A DNA stretch of 63,931 nt, counting the filler, from Octopus bimaculoides (taxonomy: Eukaryota), in the NCBI RefSeq assembly GCF_001194135.2. It is 7 parts of 6 records of this genome, joined end to end, with 100 filler letters (N's around TTAATTAATTAA, not from the genome) between each part and the next. Parts side by side here need not be neighbours in the genome. Positions count along the whole stretch, not along the records: positions 1 to 17,412 come from NC_068983.1; 6 more parts are not named here. One strand, 5' to 3'. The position numbers and the translations under genes are program-made. Below, piece after piece: positions 1 to 12,514 of the stretch (the first letter of the stretch is position 1; every line of letters begins with the position of its first letter). The notes under the pieces are model-generated. The model was not told where the DNA came from, did not search any database, and saw only the letters and a program-made list of their open reading frames with translations.

Positions 1-49
<49 letters not shown>

Positions 50-69
50 GTGTGTATATGTTTGTGTGT

Positions 70-250
70 CTGTGCTTGTCCCCCCAACATCGCTTGATGG
101 TGGTGTGTTTACGTACCCGTAAATTAGCGGTTCGGCAAAGGAGACCGATAGAATAAGTACTAGGCTTACAAAGAATAAGTCCCGGGGTCGATTTGCTCGA
201 CTAAAGGTGCTCCAGCATGGCCGCAGTCAAATGCCTGAAGCAAGTAAAAA
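70..250 (+). mobile_element. 3' half of tRNA-derived CORE-like SINE (octopus OR2-like)
   Basis: ttagcggttcggcaa...gaataagtactaggcttacaaagaataag...ctccagcatggccgcagtcaaatg...caagtaaaa matches the 3' part of the full copy at 59228-59610. Confidence 0.75.
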
Positions 251-443
251 AGTAAAATAGTATATATGCGAGTGTGTGCGCGTGACTGTACTTGTTCGCG
301 CGCGCGCGCGACGTCACTGGTGTCAAGTTGTATGTATAGGTGACAACTATCTTCCGTAAAATCAAACTTGTCCGGACTTGTGCCTTGAAGGAGAACTGCC
401 TAGGTACAATCCCATGGTCATTTATGACTGAAGAGGATATCTA

Positions 444-508
<65 letters not shown>

Positions 509-584
509 AACATATATATATAAACTCACTTAGAAATGGATACGTGGCGTTCAATTAAATAGTAATTTAAATAATATATATATT

Positions 585-649
<65 letters not shown>

Positions 650-659
650 ATGCATATAT

Positions 660-2230
660 GGGTACAGGGCGTCACCAACTGTAAACAACATGAAATACGA
701 AAACGAATGAGTTAAATACGCAAATAACGAGAGATTATGTCACACTTCACTTCGTCCTCGCGTTCTTCACCCAACTACCATCCACTTATACCCTAAATAT
801 ATCCTATATAATCTGCACCAATTCTGTCGACAGAAACGTCGAAAACATTCTTCAATGAAACCATTACCAGTTTTGTTAACTTCAACCTCACAAAAACACA
901 CATTCACTGCACATGTCATGAAAACGAAATTCTACAGAAGTTCGCAGCTACGTCCAATTGTTGCGGCAACGAAGAATTTCAAAGAAGATGAAAATAATTT
1001 CGATTGTTTATAGTGCGTAAATTTAAATTTTAAATAATTCCATTTCTATCATTCTCCTTCCAGAAAATTAACGAACTATGACAAAAACGCAAAACTTCAA
1101 ATGAAATATTTTGTATCCTTGGCTGATCTTTTTCTTTGCCAAAATATTTTCTTTTTTCAAAACGAAATAATATAATATAATCAGTAAGTTCACAATTTCT
1201 TTGTGTTGATGAGATTCAACTAGATCGAAATAGATGACGTGACAATGGTATGTGTTACTGTCTCCTATAAATCGTAGGTTCTTGATGTGATTTGTGTTGA
1301 TATTATTAAAGGAACTTGAACAAAATCTGTAAGATCTATACGTCGCCATTTATACGTGGATGCTATTTGCATGTTTTTATTTTGTTACATTCTGTTATGT
1401 GTATTGATTCCTTTTTAAATTACATACTTTTGTTTGGAATCTTGTAGCATATTGATGTGTTGTCTACATATGTTTTCTTATCTAGTTGTGTTTCTGCTGT
1501 GCAAAGTGTAGGATAGCGTATGGTACCTTCTCCTTATTCTAAGTGTATGGTGTTTTGGCAAGGGAGTTCCATATTTCTGTGGTTAGTGAGGATCGTATAT
1601 GAAGTTTACAACTACCAGGTTTGTAATGGAATTTATAAATCGCATTTATATTGGAACTTGATCCTGGGTTTACATGCTTGGGGCTACTAATAAATATGGT
1701 TTAGTGTGGTTCTTGTATATCATTATCGCTAGTTTTGGCTAGGCCTGATCTATTTTATGTAAATCTATCAATGCGTATTTTGCATATAACAAACCTTGTG
1801 GTCTGGTTTATATTGAATAAGGCTTGTTGGTCATGCAAATACGAAACTCAGTGGTGACTGCTTGTGTGTATGTGTAGAAGGGTGGAGAGTAAGGGTACGG
1901 TCAAAGTTTCGAGCCCGGCGAGATATGCTTGACCGTTTAATAGTTTCACGAACTGAAAAGTGGTCTCGTTTCGTTAAATATGGAATTGAATTTGGGATCT
2001 TTGTAGGGCAATGGATTTGGCTATTGGGATGAGAGGCAGAATATCGGATATAGTAGTAAGAAATGGAGTTCTAATAGGGCTCTTGAGGTGGACAAATGAT
2101 GTTTATGTAAAATACATGCCTAAGAACCTGATAATGATGTTGGAAACATCAGAAAGGAATTCTGGAGCAAGGTGAAGCGTGAAGTAATAGTCAGATAAAT
2201 GTTGGTGAAGCCGAAATACTTATCAATGGA
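660..2230 (-). mobile_element. Highly decayed Penelope-like element with 3' terminal repeat
   Basis: Minus-strand fragments TKDPKFNSIFNETRPLF and SYTLHSRNTTRYKKTYVDNTS resemble the PLE linker and GIY-YIG. The terminus (660-735) is related to the repeat at 3870-4040. Confidence 0.35.
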
Positions 2231-3037
2231 GCAGAGACGTGGATTTATGGGAGCAGGCGTGGCTTTATAGGCGCAGGTGTGGCTTTATGGGCGCAAGAGC
2301 GGGTCTGTGTGGTAAGGGGNNNNNNNNNNNNNNNNNNNNNNNNNNNNNNNNNNNNNNNNNNNNNNNNNNNNNNNNNNNNNNNNNNNNNNNNNNNNNNNNN
2401 NNNNNNNNNNNNNNNNNNNNNNNNNNNNNNNNNNNNNNNNNNNNNNNNNNNNNNNNNNNNNNNNNNNNNNNNNNNNNNNNNNNNNNNNNNNNNNNNNNNN
2501 NNNNNNNNNNNNNNNNNNNNNNNNNNNNNNNNNNNNNNNNNNNNNNNNNNNNNNNNNNNNNNNNNNNNNNNNNNNNNNNNNNNNNNNNNNNNNNNNNNNN
2601 NNNNNNNNNNNNNNNNNNNNNNNNNNNNNNNNNNNNNNNNNNNNNNNNNNNNNNNNNNNNNNNNNNNNNNNNNNNNNNNNNNNNNNNNNNNNNNNNNNNN
2701 NNNNNNNNNNNNNNNNNNNNNNNNNNNNNNNNNNNNNNNNNNNNNNNNNNNNNNNNNNNNNNNNNNNNNNNNNNNNNNNNNNNNNNNNNNNNNNNNNNNN
2801 NNNNNNNNNNNNNNNNNNNNNNNNNNNNNNNNNNNNNNNNNNNNNNNNNNNNNNNNNNNNNNNNNNNNNNNNNNNNNNNNNNNNNNNNNNNNNNNNNNNN
2901 NNNNNNNNNNNNNNNNNNNNNNNNNNNNNNNNNNNNNNNNNNNNNNNNNNNNNNNNNNNNNNNNNNNNNNNNNNNNNNNNNNNNNNNNNNNNNNNNNNNN
3001 NNNNNNNNNNNNNNNNNNNNNNNNNNNNNNNNNNNNN

Positions 3038-3080
<43 letters not shown>

Positions 3081-3869
3081 TGTTACTGTTCATATATAAA
3101 GAACATATAAATTATCTCATGTTTCATGTTTCAGTATGTAATCATATGTATCTCTCTCTCTCTCTTAGCAAATCTCTCGTTCAGTCTCTCTCCATCTCTC
3201 CCTCCCCCTCTCTCTTTCCCCCCTTTCCACCGTTATCCATGTCTTCCGATTTGTTTCTTACGTTGATATCAATTGGTGCAAAGCAATCTCATTTCTCAGC
3301 TTTCGTGACCTATCATTATCGTTCAGTTGTGATCTTTGAGAGATACAAACCATCACAATGACAGGTAATACATAAATCAAGTGAGAAACAAAGATGTTAA
3401 CAGTGAGTGTGTATTATTTATCGCCTATTGATTCACATAGATATTGTAATTCAGTCGCCTCATGGCTGTATATTTATATACAATCACCCATATCTACGCT
3501 GCTATAAACACTATTAAAGGAGACTCAGCCACCATGCATTAATTAGTCGTATTGTATCATCAAATAAGGATTTTGCGTCAGATTATCTTCTATAAATGTG
3601 AGATGCTAAAGAATTCAGGAATTACGCAGAAGTGTTTCATCCATTTATCTAATTCCACGACAAGTATCAATGATAAAGAATAAAACCAGAAGCGCGAAAA
3701 TAAATTAAACAATAACATGTTAGCTAAGTTTCTGTGAATTTTAATGGTTTTATAGCGTCTCATCATATTTAGAATGCGTGCCTAGTTGAATACACTATAT
3801 ATATATATTACTCGTTATATTTTTCCTATCTACGTAACTGTTTTATCGAAAGCATATATTGATTTAAAT

Positions 3870-4040
3870 GTTCGAAATACGAGACTAGGAAAAACAGCCA
3901 ACAACTGATGAAGGGTCGTTCTTTATATTGTTTGTTTTGTTTTCCATTTGTGCCTTTCGTTGTTCGAAAGAATAGTTCACGCTCCATGTATTTGTGCTTC
4001 GTATTTTTTGTTGTACATGTTTCGTGACGTCCTGTGCCCA
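3870..4040 (+). mobile_element. Dispersed repeat, probable PLE terminal region
   Basis: ctgatgaagggtcgttc...gtgacgtcctgtgcccacatat; its 3' end is an inverted homologue of 660-735. Confidence 0.4.
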
Positions 4041-4665
4041 CATATGCATATATATATATATACGTATAGATGTACGTACGTATATATGCGTATGTATATA
4101 TACATATATATANNNNNNNNNNNNNNNNNNNNNNNNNNNNNNNNNNNNNNNNNNNNNNNNNNNNNNNNNNNNNNNNNNNNNNNNNNNTATATATATATAT
4201 GAGCGAATTGACCGAGTGCTTCGAGTATTGAATAGCTCACCATGTAGTCACCGATCAGACTCTCTGACTTCTCAATTGAATATGGCGAAAGTCGCCTTTG
4301 TCTTACACCTTTTCGAATTTAATAAGTAAAATATGAATTCTATTAATAAGTAAAAAGAGTTCTCTTTCTGCCTCAATCTCTTAATCTGTTTGTCTTTGGT
4401 TGTCTTTCCTAAAAAATTCTTTCAAGTCAGGAAAGTAATATCTTGGAGGCATTTTTGGAGAAATGTTGATGATATGAGGAATATTTTCCACAAAGGTATG
4501 GTGCAATCGACTGTTTCTATTACATCATTGAGGTCTAGTGGAATCATTATCTCTTTTGTTGATCAAGTATGGGTAACACAGAGCTAAAATATCCAAAGCC
4601 TTAAAATATCTGATACCACAATGTCTGATAATCGGTCAGAAGCACAACCGATGTGTGAGATTGGC

Positions 4666-5328
4666 AGAACAAATTGCATGGGTGACATTTCGACAGCAAA
4701 CCTGTGAATATTGCTTCAATATAAATAGATAGTAACAGTACTTTGATGACTTTCGACCGAACCCAAATATTTCACACATAAAGGCTATTATTGCTGTTAT
4801 TGAGTATTATTGTTCACACATCTAGAGAATTATTCATATATCCAGAGAAATGTTCAAATATCTAGGGAACTTTTCACGTACGTAGAGAATAATTGACATA
4901 TCTACAGAGATCTTCATACAGCTAGAGCAGTGCTTAAGTTTCACGCACTTACATATATCACAAAATATTAATGAGTGATCTCGTGATAATGTATTTACTT
5001 TAGTCAGAATAGTAATAATATCGCAAACGTCTTCATACGTGGAGGTAAAGATACACTGCACCTCCAATGTAGCGTAGGGCATTCGAAGTATGTGGACTCC
5101 AAAGGGCTCTCACTCTGGATTAGGTGTACAAATATGTTGAAATCATGTTGTAGTTATTAAAGAAGGGGACGTCCAACTTGGCCACGACATTGAGCGGCTA
5201 AATTCCGTACCAAAACGAACGCCACGCAACTGCTATACGTACAGTGACTCGAACACTGTTACTATCTATTTATATTGAAGCAATATTCACAGGTTTGCTG
5301 TCGAAATGTCACCCATGCAATTTGTTCT
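4666..5328. repeat. Perfect 74-bp inverted repeat enclosing a 515-bp spacer
   Basis: 4666-4739 is the exact reverse complement of 5255-5328. Confidence 0.9.
4813..4932 (+). repeat. Degenerate 20-bp tandem array (6 copies)
   Basis: ttcacacatctagagaatta / ttcatatatccagagaaatg / ttcaaatatctagggaactt / ttcacgtacgtagagaataa / ttgacatatctacagagatc / ttcatacagctagagcagtg. Confidence 0.8.
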
Positions 5329-7218
5329 CGACTAATCTTATCTATCAGTGTTTTAAAACGAATTCATCCATTTTTTACCTCTTGTACAATTCTTTAAGTA
5401 TAATTTATTTGAGGTTTTATTTTTTTAGAGGACTGTCAAAATTGTTGAGATTTTCATTAGTAAAGATGCCGATAAAATGTTTATTTAGTGATATGTGGAG
5501 GAATGTTTCTTTATGTTACTATGACAACCGATTCAACTAAGACACAAGTGTCTTTTAAAGAGACCCTTTATTGAGGAAATATTTTATGAAGGAAAAAAAG
5601 TTTAGTTTGACTTGTCAGGAAAATATACTGATGTTATATCGGATTGTTATAAATAGACGATTGATTATAATTGGATCAACTCAGTAGGTTGTTATCCTAG
5701 CATTCCTCTTATTATAGAATACTTGGGAAATATTTCACTTAGACATCGCAAGAAGATGAATAAGAAATATATTGACAATAATATATAATTTTGTTTCCAA
5801 TCCGGACATGTTGTATGTCACTGAAACAAATAGTTTTAGCGGTTTATTTCATTTCTAGCTTCTCCCGATCATGGGGCTCTACAGCCTGATTTGTTAGTTG
5901 TGACTCACTTTAGAAATATAACCTGGTTTATAAATCATAATTGACAGCCTGTGTATTTTAGTTTATATATTCTGTATTTAGCGAGACTTCAGGATTATTT
6001 GCCATAAACCAATTACTAACACATATGGCACATTTATTTCAACAAATCTTTAACCATTCTCAACAATAAATTCATCATTTTCGAATACATTTCCAAAAAT
6101 ATGTCATCGGCAGCAATGAACTTTCCCAAACAAATCCCTAGCAGACACCTTGCTCAAATTTCATGTAAAAGAGAAAAAAAAAATGTTGAACTCAAAAGAA
6201 GACAAGTCAAATCATTATTCTTTCCTTTTAAACTTAAAAGTATTTTTCACTCACAATCTCTGCTCCCCCCACCAATCCAACATCTTTACAGACCAATACA
6301 TTTGCTGCTTTTAATTGATATAAAATACATAAAACGTTAATTTTAATATTTTGGTGAATATTTCAGTTTTTCAATAAGAAAAAAAACATTTAATCTGTTG
6401 CTGTTTAGTAATTAGTAAAATATTTGTTTTGGGAGATGAAAAAATATTAAACCAATTAACCACATAAATCTCTTAAAAAGTTATCACGTGTTCTGACCAA
6501 TTAATTATAGTTATTGTCTTAATATACACAATAAATATATTCCTTAACCGACTTCTATTCAATCAATTAGACAAATCAGCATAGTACATTTTTCAGATTT
6601 AGCCAAGCTGAAGAAAAAGAACTTGATTCAGGATTCAAAGACAATTTTGGCACCGGTATCATGTCTGTAGCGAATTAAATGCACCAAATGTGTTTGTCGA
6701 TCAAGGCTTTGATTTGTTAGTAATAGTTTAGAAAATTATATCTGTTCAGTCATGTTGGTGACTTTTGCTTTAAAAAGAAGACATTTTTCTAAAGACAAGT
6801 TTAATCGACATTTAAAAAAATCAATACTTGATATTACATTATACGTTATGTTGTTTTATTCCCTTGCGTATTTGTATTCAAACCGTAATAGCTTAGTTCT
6901 TCCAAGGCACGGGCCCATCGGGTGTTTTCGAACAAATAATAGTAAAAGATCATTAGATTAAACACGTCCAATTTTGTTAATTAAGTAATTATCCTGTGAA
7001 TATCTAAAATCGATATATATGACATTTTTAACCTTGTAGTTCTTTTTGGGTTTGTAACAAGATAAGGAAGCTGCAGAATAAATAATATTAATGGTTTTAA
7101 GGAATAAAATAAAGACTAAAGAGATTTTATGACAGAATCTGAAAATATTAGGCCAGAGTTCAAGTAAACCTGGAATAAAATGTGTTCTATGGTGACTGTA
7201 CACTTATTTACTTTGTAG

Positions 7219-7370
7219 AAAGCAATATTTACTCTGTGGAAAGCCAGGTGTCCCAGCTAAATTCATCTTATGCTCACCTGGGAATGGACGTCATAAAGAA
7301 TGACACGAATGCTCTCTTTACTCCTCTCATTAAACTATCGAAAACAAAACGAAAATGGCTTTTTAGATAA
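7219..7370 (+). other. Candidate terminal coding exon
   Basis: Acceptor cacttatttactttgtag; frame open SNIYSVESQVSQLN...KRKWLFR*; no recognised homology. Confidence 0.2.
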
Positions 7371-7533
7371 TGGCTTAAAGCAACAACACTCTTGACTATT
7401 GCTCACGTGGTAGAAGATATGAAGGTTAGCGACGAAGAATTCAATTTGACGACGGCTGATTATCAATGGCAGACTACCAACGACTGCATTGTTAGCACAG
7501 TTGACTGTACTGTGAAAATATAAATATTATGCA

Positions 7534-7567
7534 TCTATCTATATATATAAAAATGAGAATGTGTGTG

Positions 7568-7628
<61 letters not shown>

Positions 7629-10063
7629 GCCTGTGTGAATCCCTAAAACTCGAGAACTACGCAACCAATTTCATTCAAATTTTACAGATGCCTTACTTAG
7701 GGTTCCAGTTGTGTTTTAGTCAAAAAAATTTTAACTTCTTGNNNNNNNNNNNNNNNNNNNNNNNNNNNNNNNNNNNNNNNNNNNNNNNNNNNNNNNNNNN
7801 NNNNNNNNNNNNNNNNNNNNNNNNNNNNNNNNNNNNNNNNNNNNNNNNNNNNNNNNNNNNNNNNNNNNNNNNNNNNNNNNNNNNNNNNNNNNNNNNNNNN
7901 NNNNNNNNNNNNNNNNNNNNNNNNNNNNNNNNNNNNNNNNNNNNNNNNNNNNNNNNNNNNNNNNNNNNNNNNNNNNNNNNNNNNNNNNNNNNNNNNNNNN
8001 NNNNNNNNNNNNNNNNNNNNNNNNNNNNNNNNNNNNNNNNNNNNNNNNNNNNNNNNNNNNNNNNNNNNNNNNNNNNNNNNNNNNNNNNNNNNNNNNNNNN
8101 NNNNNNNNNNNNNNNNNNNNNNNNNNNNNNNNNNNNNNNNNNNNNNNNNNNNNNNNNNNNNNNNNNNNNNNNNNNNNNNNNNNNNNNNNNNNNNNNNNNN
8201 NNNNNNNNNNNNNNNNNNNNNNNNNNNNNNNNNNNNNNNNNNNNNNNNNNNNNNNNNNNNNNNNNNNNNNNNNNNNNNNNNNNNNNNNNNNNNNNNNNNN
8301 NNNNNNNNNNNNNNNNNNNNNNNNNNNNNNNNNNNNNNNNNNNNNNNNNNNNNNNNNNNNNNNNNNNNNNNNNNNNNNNNNNNNNNNNNNNNNNNNNNNN
8401 NNNNNNNNNNNNNNNNNNNNNNNNNNNNNNNNNNNNNNNNNNNNNGACCGACCCATCTTGGCAGGGGGTAGGGTAGCACAATGAGCTATGGTATTTGGGA
8501 TGAATAGGAGAACAAGAATTGGCGGCAAAAGCAGTTAGCAGAGAATTTAGCCAGTGGAGTTCTGGTAGCCAGCGGGGCAGTCGAGCGGTAGCAGCCAGCC
8601 GAGGCAGTTGGGTTGTAGCAGTCGTCCGAAGCGGTTGAGGGACAGCAGTTTGCCCGTGGAGATGAAGCAGTTGTACAGAGATGAAGAGAGAAGAATAAGT
8701 CTGACGGATAAAGCTTTGGTCAGCAGAAATGTATAGAGAGGGACAGAGAGAGAGACGGAATCGTAGTGGCAGACTACCTTGGTCAGTGGAAGTAGCGGAC
8801 CTGAAGGAAATGAACTTCGTTGTTGGTAAATGTGCTTTTATATTATTTTAGAGAAAAAAAGAACTCTGAGTTGTTAACTGTGTTGTTAAATGCTTCTAAA
8901 AGAAAGGAAAAGAAAAGAAATACAAAAGAAAGAAGCAGAAGAACTTTGTTGTCAAATGAAACTTGAGACACGAACTTTGCGATGTAAAAATGATTGGAAA
9001 GCTTATAATTGTTTGGAAACTTTGTCAACGTTATTGAACTGTCATNNNNNNNNNNNNNNNNNNNNNNNNNNNNNNNNNNNNNNNNNNNNNNNNNNNNNNN
9101 NNNNNNNNNNNNNNNNNNNNNNNNNNNNNNNNNNNNNNNNNNNNNNNNNNNNNNNNNNNNNNNNNNNNNNNNNNNNNNNNNNNNNNNNNNNNNNNNNNNN
9201 NNNNNNNNNNNNNNNNNNNNNNNNNNNNNNNNNNNNNNNNNNNNNNNNNNNNNNNNNNNNNNNNNNNNNNNNNNNNNNNNNNNNNNNNNNNNNNNNNNNN
9301 NNNNNNNNNNNNNNNNNNNNNNNNNNNNNNNNNNNNNNNNNNNNNNNNNNNNNNNNNNNNNNNNNNNNNNNNNNNNNNNNNNNNNNNNNNNNNNNNNNNN
9401 NNNNNNNNNNNNNNNNNNNNNNNNNNNNNNNNNNNNNNNNNNNNNNNNNNNNNNNNNNNNNNNNNNNNNNNNNNNNNNNNNNNNNNNNNNNNNNNNNNNN
9501 NNNNNNNNNNNNNNNNNNNNNNNNNNNNNNNNNNNNNNNNNNNNNNNNNNNNNNNNNNNNNNNNNNNNNNNNNNNNNNNNNNNNNNNNNNNNNNNNNNNN
9601 NNNNNNNNNNNNNNNNNNNNNNNNNNNNNNNNNNNNNNNNNNNNNNNNNNNNNNNNNNNNNNNNNNNNNNNNNNNNNNNNNNNNNNNNNNNNNNNNNNNN
9701 NNNNNTTCATTGTGATTTCTGCAATGTGGTGCATAAATTGTCAAGTAAATGAGACACATCTTTGCCTCCACTGATTCACTTGCAAAGTGTTGAGTAAAAT
9801 TATTTCGTTGCAGACTTCCTTTGGGTCTTATTATCACTACGACACACATAGTCCCCAGTTGGTAACATTGATTTCAAGGCCCTCCTAGATGAGAGACTGG
9901 CATTCCACTTAATGTCTATGTTCCATGCTGGCATGGATTGGAGAGTTATTAATGTAGAAATATGGTATCGTAGCTACTAACAGTTGAGGGTTGCGTAGTC
10001 TAGACGGCGTTTTTAGATTTCATTATTCTCTTTAACCCGGGCAAAGCCGGGTATTTCTGCTAG
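7534..10063 (+). mobile_element. Non-autonomous Helitron termini (one element with insertions, or two copies)
   Basis: 5' A|TCTATCTATATATATAAAA followed by (CTGT)n. At the 3' end, hairpin CCCGGGCAAAGCCGGG (10036-10051) then CTAG|T (10060-10064). Two N-gaps lie between the ends. Confidence 0.6.
8446..9844 (+). mobile_element. Possible LTR-like segment inside the Helitron ends
   Basis: GC- and purine-rich non-coding block unlike its flanks, ending ...ACTACGACA; interrupted by gaps, so the TG start is not visible. Confidence 0.25.
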
Positions 10064-10529
10064 TACACTATAAATATGTACAAAGAAGGAGGGGTATCTG
10101 ATTCCAGGGTTAGATAGATGCAACCTCCCATCTATCTCTCTCTCTCTCTCACTAAAGCCACCTCTTCTTGTCTCCTCTCAGTGAAAAGTATGAGTTGAAG
10201 AATGCGTCTACTTACAACCACATGCAGCGACTGCATTGTCTATAAGACAGAAAATGTTTATGCTGCACCTTCAGGCGCGATTGCGAATATCATGCATACA
10301 TACAAGCAAATACATTTATACATGAACACATACATTTATACATACATACATACACACATTTATACATACAAACATAAATACATTTATACATACATACAAA
10401 CAAATAAATCATTATACGTCTCACCATCAACGACTGAAGAAGGAGATAGAAGCGATGTCTGGAAACAGCAAAACGGGGACACTTACTTGCAAACTGATCC
10501 CGCTCAAGCAGGAGCGAAAAGCTGTCAGT

Positions 10530-12385
10530 GAGAAACTTCAATATCAGGAGAAAATAACCGACAAAAAAAAAATAAGCAAAAGAATTTAATTCAAACCAAA
10601 CAGCAGTATACAGAGACATGAGACGGGGGTGGGGGGGCTCTAGTAAACATGACGGAAGCTCCTTCACGAGAAGACATAGACTCCTTCTGGAGGAAAATAT
10701 GGAGTGAAGAGAAGCAATTTGGCCAAGATGCTCTGTGGCTGGAGGCAATTCGAAGAAGTTATTGTCCTTGCATTACATCCAAGACATACAACATTGATGT
10801 AACTGTGATCCAGAAACTTCGGAACTGAAATGCACCTGGAAGAGACTTGCTTGTTGGATATTGGTACAAGAAGCTAACCTTCTACCGACCATATCCAATC
10901 AATCTGTATCAGCAAGCTTTCATTGGGAACAGAAGCATACCACACTGGTTAGCTCTGGCAGAGACAAATTTGATCACCAAATGCCGAACCACCCACATGG
11001 TAAAAAGAAAAAAAGATCCTGGCCAATTACATGCCAGAACTTAATGTATAAGATATATACAGCATGTATAAACAGCTTCCTCCAAGACCATTGTGAAAAC
11101 AACATTATCACAGCAGAACAAGCAGCTGGGAAGAAGGGAGTCTGAGGATGTGCCGAGCAATTGTTAATCAACAAAATTGTGGTGCCAGAGGTACGAGAGC
11201 ATAGGGGGAACCTAGTTTCAATGTGACTAGATTACAAGAAAGCCTTTGACTCTTTTGCCCAGTTCCAGGGAGAATAGTCAAAGCCTTAACTGGCCTGACT
11301 TCATCGTGGACCACCATCGTAAAATTACACGCAAAGAGTGACTGTATTACCACCAAGAGAATACAATATCGCAAAGGCATATTCCAATGATACATCCTCT
11401 CTGTGATGCTGTTTATACTTTCAGTAAATCCCTTGTCATTCATGTTAAGGAGGTCTGAAGGATATCTCACTGGTTCACAAAGAAACAGAAATACCAAAAA
11501 TACACACTGTTATATGCTAAGAATACGCATGACATGAAAAAGACCCTTGACCTGGAGTTTGGTCAGGATAAATGTTGTTATATGGTTGTAATAAGAGGGA
11601 AAACTGCAAACCAGACTAGCAAGATATCCATCAATGACTTAACTGTTTCCCCTATATCTGATGAGGAATGTTTCAGATATCTAGGTGTAGATGAAATCAT
11701 ATTACAATGGTACCTGCAACAAAGTAAGTATCACTAGTGAATATTACAGTGGAATAAAAAAATAAAAACTTCGGAACTTACTGCATTCAATAAAACAGTG
11801 GCCCAATATGGGAATGCAGTGCCAGTATTCATACCAACGTTTGGGCTGCTTGATTGGACGCTGAGATCTGAGCCGTTGATATGAAAACCGGAAGATACTG
11901 AATGTCGCATATCCCTTCGATAACATCTTTTAACCATCAAGTGTCGAAATGCATCCCTTGACCAAGTTTGCATACACGAGGCTGATAGTACCGTAAGACT
12001 TGGAAAGCAGCTCCTTGAGCAGCATTGCTTGTCTAATAAACTTAAATAAATTCCCAAAGAAGTCGCACGACTCTACTGCAACGTGTCAACAGGTGAAAGG
12101 ATGAGCCTATATACGCAGAACACTATGTCTGGATATGTTAGTAGAAAGCTCCGAGATGATAGTAGCATTGATCATCAAAACAGTCTATCATGGACCAACA
12201 ACCGGATTACAACCTATCACTTAGAAAGATAAGATAAATATTAACCAAATACCTGATGCAAAAAAGCTACAGAGATGCAGGAAAAACAGAGAAATGTGAC
12301 AACAGATGCAGACTTTGTAGAGTAAACACCAAAGATATAACCCACTTCATAAGCAGAGGTCTAAAAATGTCATCACCGGTAAGTA
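10530..12385 (+). mobile_element. R4/Dong-clade non-LTR retrotransposon remnant (RT plus CCHC), frameshifted
   Basis: Fragments APGRDLLVGYWYKKLT, MYKIYTACI..EQAAGKKGV*GCAEQLLINK, LDYKKAFDS, FGQDKCCY..FRYLGVDE, PTFGLLDWT, CDNRCRLC..DITH. Confidence 0.85.
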
Positions 12386-12514
12386 GCTTTAGATACGTCG
12401 AAAGGATAACCCCGAGGGCAAAGATATAAGCATAATAGAAGCCATAGCCAATCATAATAAAAGGAGTACTGGTGGAAGGTCTCAATGAAAACCTCAACAG
12501 AATGTAAACACAAA

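Noticed and set aside
4813-4932. 20-bp periodic array as CRISPR or heat-shock element cluster
   Set aside because: No unique spacers and no cas genes in a eukaryotic context; the GAA-TTC spacing is 3 nt, not the 2 nt of an HSE.
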